Source of the DNA: Candidatus Angelobacter sp.
GTDB taxonomy: Bacteria; Acidobacteriota; Terriglobia; Terriglobales; Acidobacteriaceae
Length of the DNA: 64,000 nt
Reading direction: 5' to 3'
NCBI GenBank assembly: GCA_035295685.1
Contig: DATGIO010000222.1
Span: 11,606-75,605 of the forward strand
The notes under the pieces are model-generated. The model saw only the letters and a list, made by a program, of their open reading frames with translations. It was not told the origin of the DNA and ran no database searches. The stretch's first letter is position 1, and each line of letters opens with the position of its first letter. Positions 45,271 through 54,997 of this stretch are shown one piece after another. A program made the position numbers and the translations under genes.

Positions 45271-46860
45271 ATGAAGCAACTATCCTTGTTCGTGGCAGTC
45301 TTGGCGCTCACCACCGCGCTGCAGACTCAAGCGGCAACGCGCGAAGATCGCGACGACCGCCGAGTGAAGCATGTCCTCTTAATTAGCGTCGACGGAATGC
45401 ACGCACTCGACCTAACGAATTACGTAGCGTCTCATCCGAATTCAACCCTCGCGACCCTCCAGAAGCACGGCGTCACTTATACCAATGCATCCACATCGCT
45501 GCCTTCGGATTCGTTTCCAGGCCTAGCGTCCTTCGTTACCGGTGGATCGCCGGTCACCACCGGATTCTGGTACGACGTAACTTTTAACCGCAAGCTCTCT
45601 CCACCAGCGCAGACGACTCCCCTCGGGATTCCCGGCGGCGCCAACCTTTGCCCCGGCACTATCGGCACCCAGGTGGGCTACGATGAATCGATCGATGCCG
45701 ATTTGACCAAGATCGATGGAGGAGGAAGCATCAATCCGGCGTTCCTTCCTCGCGATCCCGCCAACGGCTGCCAGCCTGTTTTCCCGCACCAGTACATGCG
45801 CGTCAACACGATTTTCAACGTGGCCCGGGCCGCTGGACTTTATACCGCCTGGACGGATAAACACCTCTCTTACGAATGGGTAAATGGACCGAGCAACGAA
45901 GGCGTGAACGATTTCTTTGGACCGGAAGTCAACTCCGCTGTGGTTCCCCTGAATACCCCCGGCTTTGACGTTCCGCGCTGCCACACCGTTCCCGACCCGG
46001 CCAATACCGGCGACTGGACAAAGAGCGTACTGAATATCACCTGCTATGACGAACTAAAGGTCAACTCGGTCATCAACCAGATTGACGGCTTTACCCATGA
46101 CCGCAGCCATCGCGCACCCGTGCCAGCCATCTTCGGCATGAACTTCCAGTCCGTGAGCGTAGGCCAGAAGCTGAAAGGCGCCGGCTACGTGGACGTTCTG
46201 GGCACCCCTAGCGCGGGATTGGCCGGCGACCTCGATTTCGTCGACCAGTCGTTGGGCAGAATGGTTTCCGAACTTAAGAAGCATGGCGTGTTCGACTCGA
46301 CACTGATCATTATTGGCGCGAAGCACGGCCAGTCGCCCATCGATCCAAGCAAGAGAGTCGGAATCGGTAACGGGCAGCCTGCTACCGCAATCGGAGCAGC
46401 AGAGGCGTTCGATATTTCCGACGACGGCTCGCTCATCTGGCTCACCGATTCTTCCCTTACCGCTCAAGTTGTCGCCAACCTCAGCACTCCAGCGGTCCAG
46501 AACGAACTTGGAATCCAGGAAATCTTCGCGCTGCAATCGCTGGAAGAAAAGTTCAACAGCCCCCTGCACGATGAGCGCACCCCGGACATCATCCTGAAGA
46601 CAAACACCGGCGTGATCTTCACGGGCGGTTCGAAGATCGCCGAGCACGGCGGCTTCAACGAGGACGACGTTCATACTCTCCTGCTGCTCTCGCAGCCTGG
46701 ACTCAATGCACAGCGGATCAAGACTCCGGTGACCAACCAGCAAGTCGCGCCCACCATCTTGAGGGTACTCGGACTCGATCCGAACGCCCTGGATGCGGTA
46801 CGCGCGGAGCGGATTTCGGTACTGCCGTTCTTCTTCGACGGCGACCGCGATCGCGACTAA
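45271..46860 (+). CDS. Alkaline-phosphatase-superfamily nucleotide pyrophosphatase/phosphodiesterase, secreted
   Basis: It has a signal peptide (MKQLSLFVAVLALTTALQTQA). VKHVLLISVDGMHALDL and TSLPSDSFPGLASFVTGGSP form the metal/nucleophile region of type I phosphodiesterases. The RBS AGGAG is at 45261. Confidence 0.7.
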   Translation: MKQLSLFVAVLALTTALQTQAATREDRDDRRVKHVLLISVDGMHALDLTNYVASHPNSTLATLQKHGVTYTNASTSLPSDSFPGLASFVTGGSPVTTGFWYDVTFNRKLSPPAQTTPLGIPGGANLCPGTIGTQVGYDESIDADLTKIDGGGSINPAFLPRDPANGCQPVFPHQYMRVNTIFNVARAAGLYTAWTDKHLSYEWVNGPSNEGVNDFFGPEVNSAVVPLNTPGFDVPRCHTVPDPANTGDWTKSVLNITCYDELKVNSVINQIDGFTHDRSHRAPVPAIFGMNFQSVSVGQKLKGAGYVDVLGTPSAGLAGDLDFVDQSLGRMVSELKKHGVFDSTLIIIGAKHGQSPIDPSKRVGIGNGQPATAIGAAEAFDISDDGSLIWLTDSSLTAQVVANLSTPAVQNELGIQEIFALQSLEEKFNSPLHDERTPDIILKTNTGVIFTGGSKIAEHGGFNEDDVHTLLLLSQPGLNAQRIKTPVTNQQVAPTILRVLGLDPNALDAVRAERISVLPFFFDGDRDRD

Positions 46861-46884
46861 CTTCCATTTAAAACGAATGAAAAA

Positions 46885-46920
46885 GTGGCCTCCAGGGATT
46901 CAAGCCTGGAGGCCACTTTT
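46885..46920 (+). terminator. Rho-independent terminator after the AlkP-family gene
   Basis: The sequence is GTGGCCTCCAGG-gattcaag-CCTGGAGGCCAC followed by TTTT: a perfect 12-bp GC-rich stem. It is preceded by AAAA, so it could act in both directions. Confidence 0.8.
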
Positions 46921-47101
46921 ACGAAGGGGACTCTAATTTTTGCGAAAGTTGAGTCCTTGGAGTTCCCTCAACGCTGCCCGTCTTCTGACTTCCAAAGTTC
47001 GACTCTTTGCGGTTGCTCTGCTCCGTTAGGGATTCATTTCCAGCACTCCCCTCGCATCAGAAACAACATCTCACTTGCTCTCCGTTTTGGATGGGCTCCA
47101 A

Positions 47102-47137
47102 GATCGTTGATCGTTTGATCATTGATCATTGATCATT
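47102..47137 (+). repeat. GATC-containing heptamer tandem repeat x5
   Basis: The units are GATCGTT GATCGTTT GATCATT GATCATT GATCATT, about 100 nt upstream of the bluB-like start. Confidence 0.85.
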
Positions 47138-47240
47138 GCAGGGCTGGCCGAGCGAATTCTCCACAAGGTTGCACCGGGAGGTATAGAATTTCGGGCAAGC
47201 TCGAATAACCTGGCGCGGCAAGTCTCCATTCTTAGTATCT

Positions 47241-47879
47241 ATGCAAAGTTCGCCACCTATCTTCGACCAGCAATTCCATGAAAGCCTGACGGATCTCATC
47301 CGCTGGAGGCGAGACGTTCGCCGGTTCCGCCGCGATCCGATCCAACCCGAGTTGCTTGCAGACCTGCTCAAACTTGCTTCCTGGTCGCCCTCGGTTGGAT
47401 ATAGCCAGCCATGGCGTTTTGTTCTTGTGCAGGACGCCGGCCGGCGAGCGGCGATTCGGGCCAATTTTCTAGAGTGCAACCAGGCGGCCCAGAACGGCTA
47501 TTCCAGCGAAAAGGCGCAGCGTTATGCGCAGCTCAAGCTGGCGGGCTTGGACGAAGCCCCAACCCACATTGCAGTATTTTGTGACATGGAAACCGAGATC
47601 GGGCATGGGCTGGGCAGAAAGACCATGCCGGAGATGCTGGAGTATTCCGTGGCTATTGCATGCCACACCTTGTGGCTAGCCGCCCGCGCGCGAGGACTTG
47701 GACTTGGCTGGGTATCGATTCTTGAACCGAACGGTGTCAAAAAGATCCTGGAAGTTCCCTGCCCCTGGAAACTCATCGCCTATTTATGCATAGGATTTCC
47801 GGAAGAAGAGCATGTTGATCCGGAATTGGCAAGGCACGAGTGGGAGGAATATCACACCCCAGAGGTCTTAATTCGCTAA
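47241..47879 (+). CDS. bluB: BluB-like nitroreductase (5,6-dimethylbenzimidazole synthase family)
   Basis: FDQQFHESLTDLIRWRRDVRRFRRDPIQPELLADLLKLASWSPSVGYSQPWRFVLV fits the family. The SPSVGxSQPWRF signature distinguishes BluB from generic nitroreductases. Confidence 0.7.
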   Translation: MQSSPPIFDQQFHESLTDLIRWRRDVRRFRRDPIQPELLADLLKLASWSPSVGYSQPWRFVLVQDAGRRAAIRANFLECNQAAQNGYSSEKAQRYAQLKLAGLDEAPTHIAVFCDMETEIGHGLGRKTMPEMLEYSVAIACHTLWLAARARGLGLGWVSILEPNGVKKILEVPCPWKLIAYLCIGFPEEEHVDPELARHEWEEYHTPEVLIR

Positions 47880-48136
47880 CCGCAGTTCGCTAACTAAGGG
47901 TCCGTTAGGCGAGGTACGGTTAGCTAGGACATTGGTAACGCCGGCATACCGAAATGAAATTCGCTTATTGCCCTCGATTTAGCTAATATTGATCCGGTTC
48001 TGCCGGTAGCCGTGGGGCTGTGGCATGCGCTTTCCAGGCGGAATCAGTTCGGCTTGCCAATCCCCGCAACTTACGCGATAATAACGACTTGCCTGTATTT
48101 TGAAGGTCTTCAAGCTAGAAAGGACAACCTGTACAA

Positions 48137-48394
48137 GTGTTAATGATTCGACTGGCGCGCATTGGCGCGCGTAAGCAGCCCTATTACCGGATTGTTGTGA
48201 TTGAGAAGGAACGCGCGCGCAATGGCCGCTCGGTGGAAGTCGTGGGCCTTTACAATCCCCGCACCAATCCAGCGACATTTGATTTGAAGCGCGAGCGTTT
48301 AGATTATTGGGTCTCCAAAGGCGCACAGCTCTCGGAAACGGTTCGCCGTTTGCTCTCTAAAGCGCCTCCAGTTGTGGCAAATACCGCGGCCTAA
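48137..48394 (+). CDS. rpsP: 30S ribosomal protein S16
   Basis: The GTG start gives MLMIRLARIGARKQPYYRIVVIEKERARNGRSVEVVGLYNP, which has the same spacing as E. coli MVTIRLARHGAKKRPFY. Confidence 0.95.
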   Translation: MLMIRLARIGARKQPYYRIVVIEKERARNGRSVEVVGLYNPRTNPATFDLKRERLDYWVSKGAQLSETVRRLLSKAPPVVANTAA

Positions 48395-48467
48395 ATTACG
48401 ATAAGTCGGTCTTCCTGGAAAACCTGAGAAGAGACCACCGGCCCCAGTGAGGCGGGAGGACGGTTTT

Positions 48468-48719
48468 ATGACAGAACCGGGCGGAGACATGCGTATGCTC
48501 GTGGAGCAGATTGCCCACGCTCTTGTGGATGCTCCCGACCAAGTTCAGGTCATCGAGGTGGATGACCAAGAGGCTACTGTGCTGGAGTTGCGGGTTGCCC
48601 CAGGCGACCTGGGCAAAGTTATCGGTAAACAAGGCCGGACGGCTAAGTCCATTCGCACGATTCTCGGGGCCGCCAGCATGAAATTGAAAAAGCGCTACAT
48701 GCTGGAAATCATCGAGTAG
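48468..48719 (+). CDS. KH-domain RNA-binding protein (YlqC-like)
   Basis: ATG 48468 follows GGGAGGA with a 7-nt spacer. [24 protein letters not shown] carries the GxxG KH motif. The position between rpsP and rimM is the same as in Firmicutes. Confidence 0.8.
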   Translation: MTEPGGDMRMLVEQIAHALVDAPDQVQVIEVDDQEATVLELRVAPGDLGKVIGKQGRTAKSIRTILGAASMKLKKRYMLEIIE

Positions 48720-48732
48720 ATCCGCTTCACCC

Positions 48733-49308
48733 ATGGATGAAGAGCAGTTCATTACCATCGCCAAGGTAAGCAAGACGCAGGGACGAATCGGAGAAGTGGC
48801 GGCGATGCTCCTTACCGATTTCCCGGAGCGCTTTACGTCTAGGACGCAGTTGTTCGCTCTCATGGGCAATAGCGGCGAAAAAGGCCGCAGGCGTGAGCTT
48901 CAACTGGAAGATCACTGGTTCCATAAGGGAATGGTGGTCCTGAAGTTTGCGGGAGTCGATTCCATCAGCCAGGCAGAAGAGTTGCTCGGATGCGAAATTC
49001 AGATTCCCAAAGGCGAGCGGACATCGCTGGAGCAAGATGCGGTTTATGTAAGCGACCTGGTGGGATGCAGCGTTTATGACTCCGGAAAGCCGATTGGCGA
49101 CATTCAGGATGTGCAGTTCGGAAGCGGCGAAGCGCCTTTGCTGGTGATTCGCGGAGTCAAGGAGTATCTGGTTCCGTTTGCGGCGGGTTATATCGAAGAG
49201 GTATCGCTGGAGCGGAAGCAGGTGAAGCTTAAGCTACCGGAAGGAATGCTTGAGTTGGACGCGCCCCTGACGCAAGAGGAAAAACGGCGGCAGGACAAAG
49301 CCGGTTAA
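48733..49308 (+). CDS. rimM: 16S rRNA processing protein RimM
   Basis: IAKVSKTQGRIGEVAAMLLTDFPERF, a PRC-barrel C-terminal half, and the operon position all fit RimM. Confidence 0.9.
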   Translation: MDEEQFITIAKVSKTQGRIGEVAAMLLTDFPERFTSRTQLFALMGNSGEKGRRRELQLEDHWFHKGMVVLKFAGVDSISQAEELLGCEIQIPKGERTSLEQDAVYVSDLVGCSVYDSGKPIGDIQDVQFGSGEAPLLVIRGVKEYLVPFAAGYIEEVSLERKQVKLKLPEGMLELDAPLTQEEKRRQDKAG

Positions 49309-49316
49309 CCTTGCCG

Positions 49317-50126
49317 ATGAAGTTCGAAATCGTAACCATCTTTCCGGACTTCTTTCGAGGCCCTCTGGACTACGGCATTGTGCGCAGGGCGCGCGAAGCC
49401 GGGTTGATAGAAATTTCAACCCATGACCTTCGGGCCTTTACCACCGACCGCCACAAAACTGTGGATGACCGCCCTTTTGGCGGCGGCGAAGGCATGGTCC
49501 TGAAACCTGAACCAATCTTCCAGTGCGTGGAATCGCTGGGAGTTGAGGACAGAGAGAAAAGACAAGGAGAGCAAGCGAACGAGACGGTGATTCTGCTTTC
49601 TCCCCAGGGCCGAATGTTCACCCAAGCGGTGGCGCAGGAGTTGGCCCAAAAACGGCGGATTGTGCTGCTTTGCGGCCGTTATGAAGGTGTGGATGAGCGC
49701 GTCACCGAACATCTCGCTGATTGCGAGATTTCGATCGGCGACTATATTTTGAGCGGCGGCGAACTCGGTGCTGCTATTCTTGTGGATACGATTACGCGGC
49801 TGGTTCCGGGCGCTCTAGGAAACGAAGCTTCGTCCAGGCAGGAAAGCTTTACGGCCGGGCACAAGATTGAGGCCGAGGGCCCGGACAGCACATGCATTTC
49901 CGGTGGATTGCTCGATTATCCGCACTTTACGCGCCCAGCGGATTTTCGCGGACTGCCGGTGCCGGAAGTGCTGATCGGCGGCAACCATGAGCAGATTCGC
50001 AAGTGGCGGCGGCGCAAGGCGCTGGAAAAAACCTTGCGTAACCGGCCTGACCTGCTTCAGACGCAGATATTGAGCCGGGAAGACGAGAAGTTTCTTGCCG
50101 AGTTACGGCAAGAGTTGAAAATTTGA
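49317..50126 (+). CDS. trmD: tRNA (guanine37-N1)-methyltransferase TrmD
   Basis: [25 protein letters not shown]...[13 protein letters not shown]...[11 protein letters not shown]...[11 protein letters not shown] matches TrmD. The track start at 49311 is TTG; ATG 49317 is preferred. Confidence 0.95.
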   Translation: MKFEIVTIFPDFFRGPLDYGIVRRAREAGLIEISTHDLRAFTTDRHKTVDDRPFGGGEGMVLKPEPIFQCVESLGVEDREKRQGEQANETVILLSPQGRMFTQAVAQELAQKRRIVLLCGRYEGVDERVTEHLADCEISIGDYILSGGELGAAILVDTITRLVPGALGNEASSRQESFTAGHKIEAEGPDSTCISGGLLDYPHFTRPADFRGLPVPEVLIGGNHEQIRKWRRRKALEKTLRNRPDLLQTQILSREDEKFLAELRQELKI

Positions 50127-50200
50127 GGCCTGCGCCCAAGACCCAAGCACGGTTTTGTCGCGCAGCAGCCCTAAGAGAAATCAAGATAAAGGAATTCATC

Positions 50201-50599
50201 ATGTCACAGCATCCAATCATGCAAAAGCTCGCTGCAAAATTGCAGCGCAAGGATCTTCCCGAGGTTACTCCCGGAGATAGCGTCCGCGTACAAGTCAAGA
50301 TCAAGGAAGGCGACAAGGAACGCGTTCAGGCATTCGAAGGCACAGTAATTGCGAAGCGCAACGGCCCGCAAGGCAGCTTCACCGTGCGTAAAGTGAGCTT
50401 TGGCCAAGGCGTAGAGCGCATTTTTCCCTTTAACTCCAAGGTCGTCGACAAAGTAGAAGTGCTGAGAGCCAACAGGGTGCGCAGGGCAAAGCTGTTCTAT
50501 TTGCGCGGATTGAAAGGTAAGGCAGCCCGGCTCCGTGAAGTTGAGCGCCCACTACCCCAGGCGACTGCGACTGGTTCTGGAACCGCAGCCAAGAGCTAG
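50201..50599 (+). CDS. rplS: 50S ribosomal protein L19
   Basis: ATG 50201 gives [76 protein letters not shown]. The upstream part of ORF 50123.. is not L19-like. Confidence 0.95.
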   Translation: MSQHPIMQKLAAKLQRKDLPEVTPGDSVRVQVKIKEGDKERVQAFEGTVIAKRNGPQGSFTVRKVSFGQGVERIFPFNSKVVDKVEVLRANRVRRAKLFYLRGLKGKAARLREVERPLPQATATGSGTAAKS

Positions 50600-50710
50600 G
50601 CTTCCACGGATTTTTCAGGTTCGATACAAGGCTATTTTGTTTCGGTCAGGTCCTTCTTTCCTCACGTCGTTCGGAACAAGAGCGCGGGGCCTGACCGTAG
50701 CCCTTCATCC

Positions 50711-51064
50711 ATGCCTTCCCAATCCAGTGAAAACTCCCCCAGCGAGCTGTTTGAGGGAGGATATTATTCCATCGCCGATGGCGACGTTTTCAGTATCGCC
50801 AAGGTGCTCAAGCTTGAGCCCGAGATCGTCCACGTCCGCATCTATAAGCAATCTTTCCCTCTGCGTCCCCGCAGCATCGATCCCAACCAATTAACTTTAG
50901 GCACTATTCACGATAAAGATGGGTTCGGTGCGGGTCACGTTCCTCTCCGACTTGAGGTATTCAAGAATCGCCAGCCTTCGTTTCTCGCCTACATTGAGGT
51001 CAAGGATGAAGAACTGGAGGGTTATCTGATGTGGAAAGAGTACGGAGGCGGCGTTTGGGAGTGA
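50711..51064 (+). CDS. Hypothetical protein (117 aa)
   Basis: The ORF has a protein-like composition (FEGGYYSIADGDVFSIAKVLKLEPEIVHVRIYKQSF...). I recognised no family. Confidence 0.5.
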   Translation: MPSQSSENSPSELFEGGYYSIADGDVFSIAKVLKLEPEIVHVRIYKQSFPLRPRSIDPNQLTLGTIHDKDGFGAGHVPLRLEVFKNRQPSFLAYIEVKDEELEGYLMWKEYGGGVWE

Positions 51065-51399
51065 AATGCATTCCCAATGAGTTCCAATCATGCGCGGATT
51101 GTGGGGTTGCTCCCCGGCTTGTGGAAAAATCCTCCAGCGCGTCAACCCTGGTATAGGAATGGCGTCCTTGCTCTTCGGCGTTGAGTCGCCGGACCCAGCG
51201 ACTTTTTACCGCCATACTTTGTTTTGTTCAGTATGGGTTGCAATCCGCCATTCGTAGAATTTTGACGGGCTTCCCCAATCTTTGGAATTTCGTGATGGTT
51301 ACGCAGGGCAAGCGCATGAAAACTGAGGGAGATGCCTTGGAGGACAAAATGAGAACAAACGTTCTCACATGTGCTCCAAGGCATGAAATTTATTACGCA

Positions 51400-51450
51400 C
51401 TTAACGTGGCCATAAATGGCCACTCTTCCACGGTTGCGCCAGCTTCATCG
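51400..51450 (+). repeat. Family B element, 3' half only
   Basis: CTTAACGTGGCCATAAATGGCCACTCTTCCACGGTTGCGCCAGCTTCATCG is the same subtype as 14043..14121. Confidence 0.8.
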
Positions 51451-51700
51451 CCGACCTGATTTATCGAGGAGCCGAATGAGCACACGAGCCGTGAGACAAA
51501 TTTCGAGATGGCACAACGGTCAATTTCATGCGATCGCCCGTTCGTGGCTACCGACGTCGGTTGTTGGTCGCTGGCAGAGTCTGGAGAATCCTCTTGTTGT
51601 TCGCGACCTTGAATTATTTGAAATGACTTTTGCGAGCCGGACCTTCAGGGTAGGAAGTGCATAATATTCCTAGCTCATTTTTCTTTCTTTAAACCCCAAC

Positions 51701-52471
51701 ATGCCCTCCAAGCCTTCAAAACGGAAGAAGCGAAAGGCCAGCATTCCCATCAACCCCGGAACGGGCCGGCCTTATTCCCAAAGCTCGCTCAAGATGAAGC
51801 TGCTCAAGCGGCTCAAGTGCACCCTCAAATACGAAAAGCTCGCGTGGGCAGGGGGAGCGAAGCTGGTGGCGGGCGTGGATGAAGTAGGACGAGGATGCTT
51901 ATTCGGCCCTGTTGTAGCCGGAGCCGTGATTCTGGAGCCGGAGCATCGCATTCGGGGGCTACGCGATTCCAAGCTTCTCGACGAGAAGACAAGAGAAACT
52001 CTGGCCGAACGAATCAAGGAACACTCGATTGCCTGGGCGGTAGCTGCCGTGGATGTGGCAAGAATCGATCAGCTCAATATCTATCATGCTTCACTCCTGG
52101 CGATGCGCGAAGCAGTCTCACGTCTGCGGCCGAACCCGGATCATCTGCTGGTGGATGCCGTCTCTGTAGATTGGGAGTGCGGGCAGACCAACATCATCCA
52201 CGGAGACGCGCTCTCGATTTCGATTGCGGCGGCCTCGATCATCGCGAAGGTAGCCCGCGATGCCATGATGCGAGCCTGGGACCCCGTCTATCCCAATTAC
52301 GACCTGGCGTCGAACAAAGGCTACCGTTCGCCAAAACATCTGGCGGCCCTGCGCGAGCTAGGTCCTACGCCGCTGCACCGGCTGTCGTTCGCTCCGGTGT
52401 GGCTTGCGACTCTGCAGCAGGAGCAGGATTCATTCCCGTTCATGGCCGAGGAGGGTGAAGAAGCCGATTGA
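51701..52471 (+). CDS. rnhB: Ribonuclease HII
   Basis: VAGVDEVGRGCLFGPVVAGAVIL contains the DEDD first motif, followed by DSKLL and a catalytic-core pattern through LGPTPLHRLSF. The Lys-rich first 31 codons may not be translated; an alternative ATG is at 51794. Confidence 0.9.
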   Translation: MPSKPSKRKKRKASIPINPGTGRPYSQSSLKMKLLKRLKCTLKYEKLAWAGGAKLVAGVDEVGRGCLFGPVVAGAVILEPEHRIRGLRDSKLLDEKTRETLAERIKEHSIAWAVAAVDVARIDQLNIYHASLLAMREAVSRLRPNPDHLLVDAVSVDWECGQTNIIHGDALSISIAAASIIAKVARDAMMRAWDPVYPNYDLASNKGYRSPKHLAALRELGPTPLHRLSFAPVWLATLQQEQDSFPFMAEEGEEAD

Positions 52472-52507
52472 GATTCCAGGGACATGAGATGCCGCTTTCG
52501 AAAACGG

Positions 52508-53521
52508 CTATGGATGGCTGGCAGGCTGAATGTTGCTGGGAGCCGAGATGCCAGTCTTATCATCCAGGTTGATGAGTTGCGTTCCGGGGGGCTGCGTGAG
52601 CACGAACTGCTCGTCTGCTATAGGCACATCGAGATGCAAGGATTCCTTCGAGAAAGAAACCTGGATGTCGAATTCCTCGATCGGCCTTTCTATGTCGATC
52701 ACTCCGGGAAATTGGATTGCTCCAATCTGAAAGAAACGGTCGTAGCGCACATCGGTCACCAGGCGACCCTGCTTGTCATAGATAAGCTGGCGGTGGGGCA
52801 GGAGATCGGTCCGGCTGAAGATAATTTTGCGAGCGAGGTGAGGCGGATTACCGTCCTCCTTTCGAATCACAATCACCACATAATCGGCCTGCTCCGCATC
52901 CTTATGGGTTTTCTCATCTTTCACGATCTCAACGCCATGCTCCATCACAGCTTCTTCGTTGGGCCCGATTTCCTTTAAGAGCAACGCATCGAGAATGCTC
53001 TGCGGACGCAAGCGCTCCAAGACCGCCACTAACGGCTGCTGGCGTGTTTGCTTGGATTGGGTCTTCGCAGAATCGGGCATCTCGATAGAGTCCGGCACGT
53101 TATTGGAACCGATCCAGAATTTCTTTTTGGGGGGAATCGAGAGACTAAAACCACTACCGCTGTTGACCATCTCGAACATAGTGCCTGCAATTCCCCAGGA
53201 TCCCCGTAGGCGAAGCATTTCCGGCTTGCGAAGGAGAATATGTCCGGCAAGCTCCGGATAATCCGTGTAATCTTTATAGTCCGTTACTTTTCCCTTCTTC
53301 TTGCCTCCCAAGGAGGCATCGATATCCACCTCGGCCTTGAAACTCTTAAAACCTGCAGCGTTGGTGTTTATTGAATCGACCAATTGCTGCAGCGTGGCAT
53401 CCTTAAGATTAGCGGTGCTGATGTGCGTCACCACCCGACGATTTCTGAGAAGGCAGCCGGTAAGCGGCAAAAGCACAAAAAACAGCACAAAGACATGAAT
53501 CTTCCTGGGAGTATTGCTCAT
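52508..53521 (-). CDS. Lipoprotein (LolA/LolB-like fold suspected)
   Basis: The lipobox is in MSNTPRKIHVFVLFFVLLPLTGC. The beta-rich body is similar in layout to outer-membrane lipoprotein-sorting-like proteins. The function is a guess. Confidence 0.6.
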   Translation of the reverse strand: MSNTPRKIHVFVLFFVLLPLTGCLLRNRRVVTHISTANLKDATLQQLVDSINTNAAGFKSFKAEVDIDASLGGKKKGKVTDYKDYTDYPELAGHILLRKPEMLRLRGSWGIAGTMFEMVNSGSGFSLSIPPKKKFWIGSNNVPDSIEMPDSAKTQSKQTRQQPLVAVLERLRPQSILDALLLKEIGPNEEAVMEHGVEIVKDEKTHKDAEQADYVVIVIRKEDGNPPHLARKIIFSRTDLLPHRQLIYDKQGRLVTDVRYDRFFQIGAIQFPGVIDIERPIEEFDIQVSFSKESLHLDVPIADEQFVLTQPPGTQLINLDDKTGISAPSNIQPASHP

Positions 53522-53700
53522 GAATGGGTAAGGTTCCCCTCTTAATCTCGCTAAAAATATAAAAGGCAGACGCGGGCCGCCTACCTGAAGCGGGAATCAA
53601 GCGTTGACTTATTATTTCACAATCTGGATGCGGCAGCCGGGAGCTAAGATTCAGGAATTACGCCAAATCTTACGAGTTTACGCCTAAATTCTTGGCTTCT

Positions 53701-54687
53701 TTAACGGCTGTGGGCCACTGCTTTACGGTAGGCCGCCACGTTCTTTGCGTGCTCCTGTTCGGTGCGGGCAAAACGATGGTGGCCCTGGTTATCGCTCACG
53801 AAAAAGAAATAATCCGTTTTCGCAGGATGCATAGCGGCCAGCAGGGACGCTCTGCCGGGATTGCAAATTGGACCCGGCGGCAAGCCAACTACTTTGTACG
53901 TATTGTAAGGAGAGGCGGATTGCAGGTCAGACTGGTATATCTTGCCGCGATATCGGCTATCGAGCAGCGCCGCATAAATGACGGTTGGATCGGTCTTGAG
54001 TTGAGTGTCTTTTTCCAGACGGTTCTGAAACACACCAGCGACCACGGGGCGTTCGTCGGGAACAGCAGTTTCTTTTTCAACGATGCTGGCCATCGTGACA
54101 ACGTTGTGAAGATCTGAAGCCAGGGAGATTTCACGCATCTCCTGGCGGAAGCGCCGCACCATGACGGACGCAATGTCATGCATGCTCTGCGTGCGGGAGA
54201 AGTGGTACGTATCCGGAAATAAATAGCCTTCCAAGCTGGGCGCTTGCGGATCGAGATCGCGGACCAGTGCCGTTTCGGTTTGAGCTACAGCCAGGAAATC
54301 TGCGCGTACGCCCAACCCCGCGACCTCCAAAGCTGCGGCGATGTCGAACATGTTGTACCCCTCGGGAACCACGAGGGTGCGGATGTAAATATCTCCACGG
54401 CCAAGGCGGTCGTAGACTTCAATGGCATTCGCCGGACGATCGAATGCGTATTCTCCGGCCTTCAACGACTTATGCCCCTTGAAGTAGTGCCAAAGCAGAA
54501 AGGCAGCCTGGCTGCGAATGACTCCCGCGCGCTCCAGGTCGGAAGCAATTCTTCGCGCAGATGAACCCGATTTGATCAGGACAAATTGCTGCCCGGATGG
54601 GCGGACGGAGGCAAGCAGACCAAAGGCAAGCAGCGCGGCAAGTACAACGATGGCAACCAGAATTGCCCTGAATAGAAAACGCAACAT
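53701..54687 (-). CDS. mltG: Endolytic murein transglycosylase MltG (YceG-like)
   Basis: It has an N-terminal TM helix, LVVPEGYNMFDIA, ASIVEKETAVPDERPVVAGVFQNRL and LKTDPTVIYA motifs. Confidence 0.85.
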   Translation of the reverse strand: MLRFLFRAILVAIVVLAALLAFGLLASVRPSGQQFVLIKSGSSARRIASDLERAGVIRSQAAFLLWHYFKGHKSLKAGEYAFDRPANAIEVYDRLGRGDIYIRTLVVPEGYNMFDIAAALEVAGLGVRADFLAVAQTETALVRDLDPQAPSLEGYLFPDTYHFSRTQSMHDIASVMVRRFRQEMREISLASDLHNVVTMASIVEKETAVPDERPVVAGVFQNRLEKDTQLKTDPTVIYAALLDSRYRGKIYQSDLQSASPYNTYKVVGLPPGPICNPGRASLLAAMHPAKTDYFFFVSDNQGHHRFARTEQEHAKNVAAYRKAVAHSR

Positions 54688-54795
54688 GAGTTATTGGATT
54701 ACGTGCCCATTGTAATCGCTGTATCTTGCAGACCCCACAACCACAAAGACATGGACTTGCGGTCTATGCCCAAGGGACCAACTGGCTTGGGGAAA

Positions 54796-54912
54796 GGGCT
54801 CTAGAGTTCCTGTGGGAACATAAATGTTCCCAGTAGAAACTCTAGAGCCCAAATTGTTCACCAGCCATCTTACGCACGCCTGAAGGCGTGCTCTTCCACA
54901 GCTGTGCCAGCA
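54796..54912 (+). repeat. Family B element, long form with ~58-nt 5' hairpin
   Basis: The sequence is GGGCTCTAGAGTTCCTGTGGGAACATAAATGTTCCCAGTAGAAACTCTAGAGCCC...CACGCCTGAAGGCGTGCTCTTCCACAGCTGTGCCAGCA. Confidence 0.9.
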
Positions 54913-54997
54913 CTATTCGTAGAGCAAATGCTTAGAGCTTCCGATCGGCAACAGGGGCAAACCCGTTTGGGGGCAGTTACTTCGCCAGACTGCTAAC

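Noticed and set aside
46921-47240. Possible cobalamin riboswitch upstream of the bluB-like gene
   Set aside because: I looked for the B12 box (AGyCmGgAgaCCkGCc-like) and for the GGTGC/AATCC core elements on the + strand and found neither. A covariance-model search would be needed to be sure.
51065-51700. A 635-nt gene-free stretch before rnhB, examined for tRNA, ncRNA or a small gene
   Set aside because: There is no T-loop (GTTCGA-type) or cloverleaf. Only a family B half-copy, a 10-bp hairpin (TGCCTTGGAG...CTCCAAGGCA) and a weak 6-bp stem with a T-run are present. The ORFs are short and overlap these structures. Nothing here can be supported without expression data.
51701-51793. The Lys/Arg-rich 31-residue N-terminal extension of RNase HII as a novel domain
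   Set aside because: An in-frame ATG at 51794 gives a canonical-length enzyme. The extension may simply be untranslated leader, and the sequence alone cannot decide.
52491-52508. The palindrome GCCGCTTTCGAAAACGGC between the convergent rnhB and lipoprotein genes as a bidirectional terminator
   Set aside because: The stem is only 7 of 8 bp, is AT-rich in the middle and lacks a flanking U-tract. It is too weak to call.
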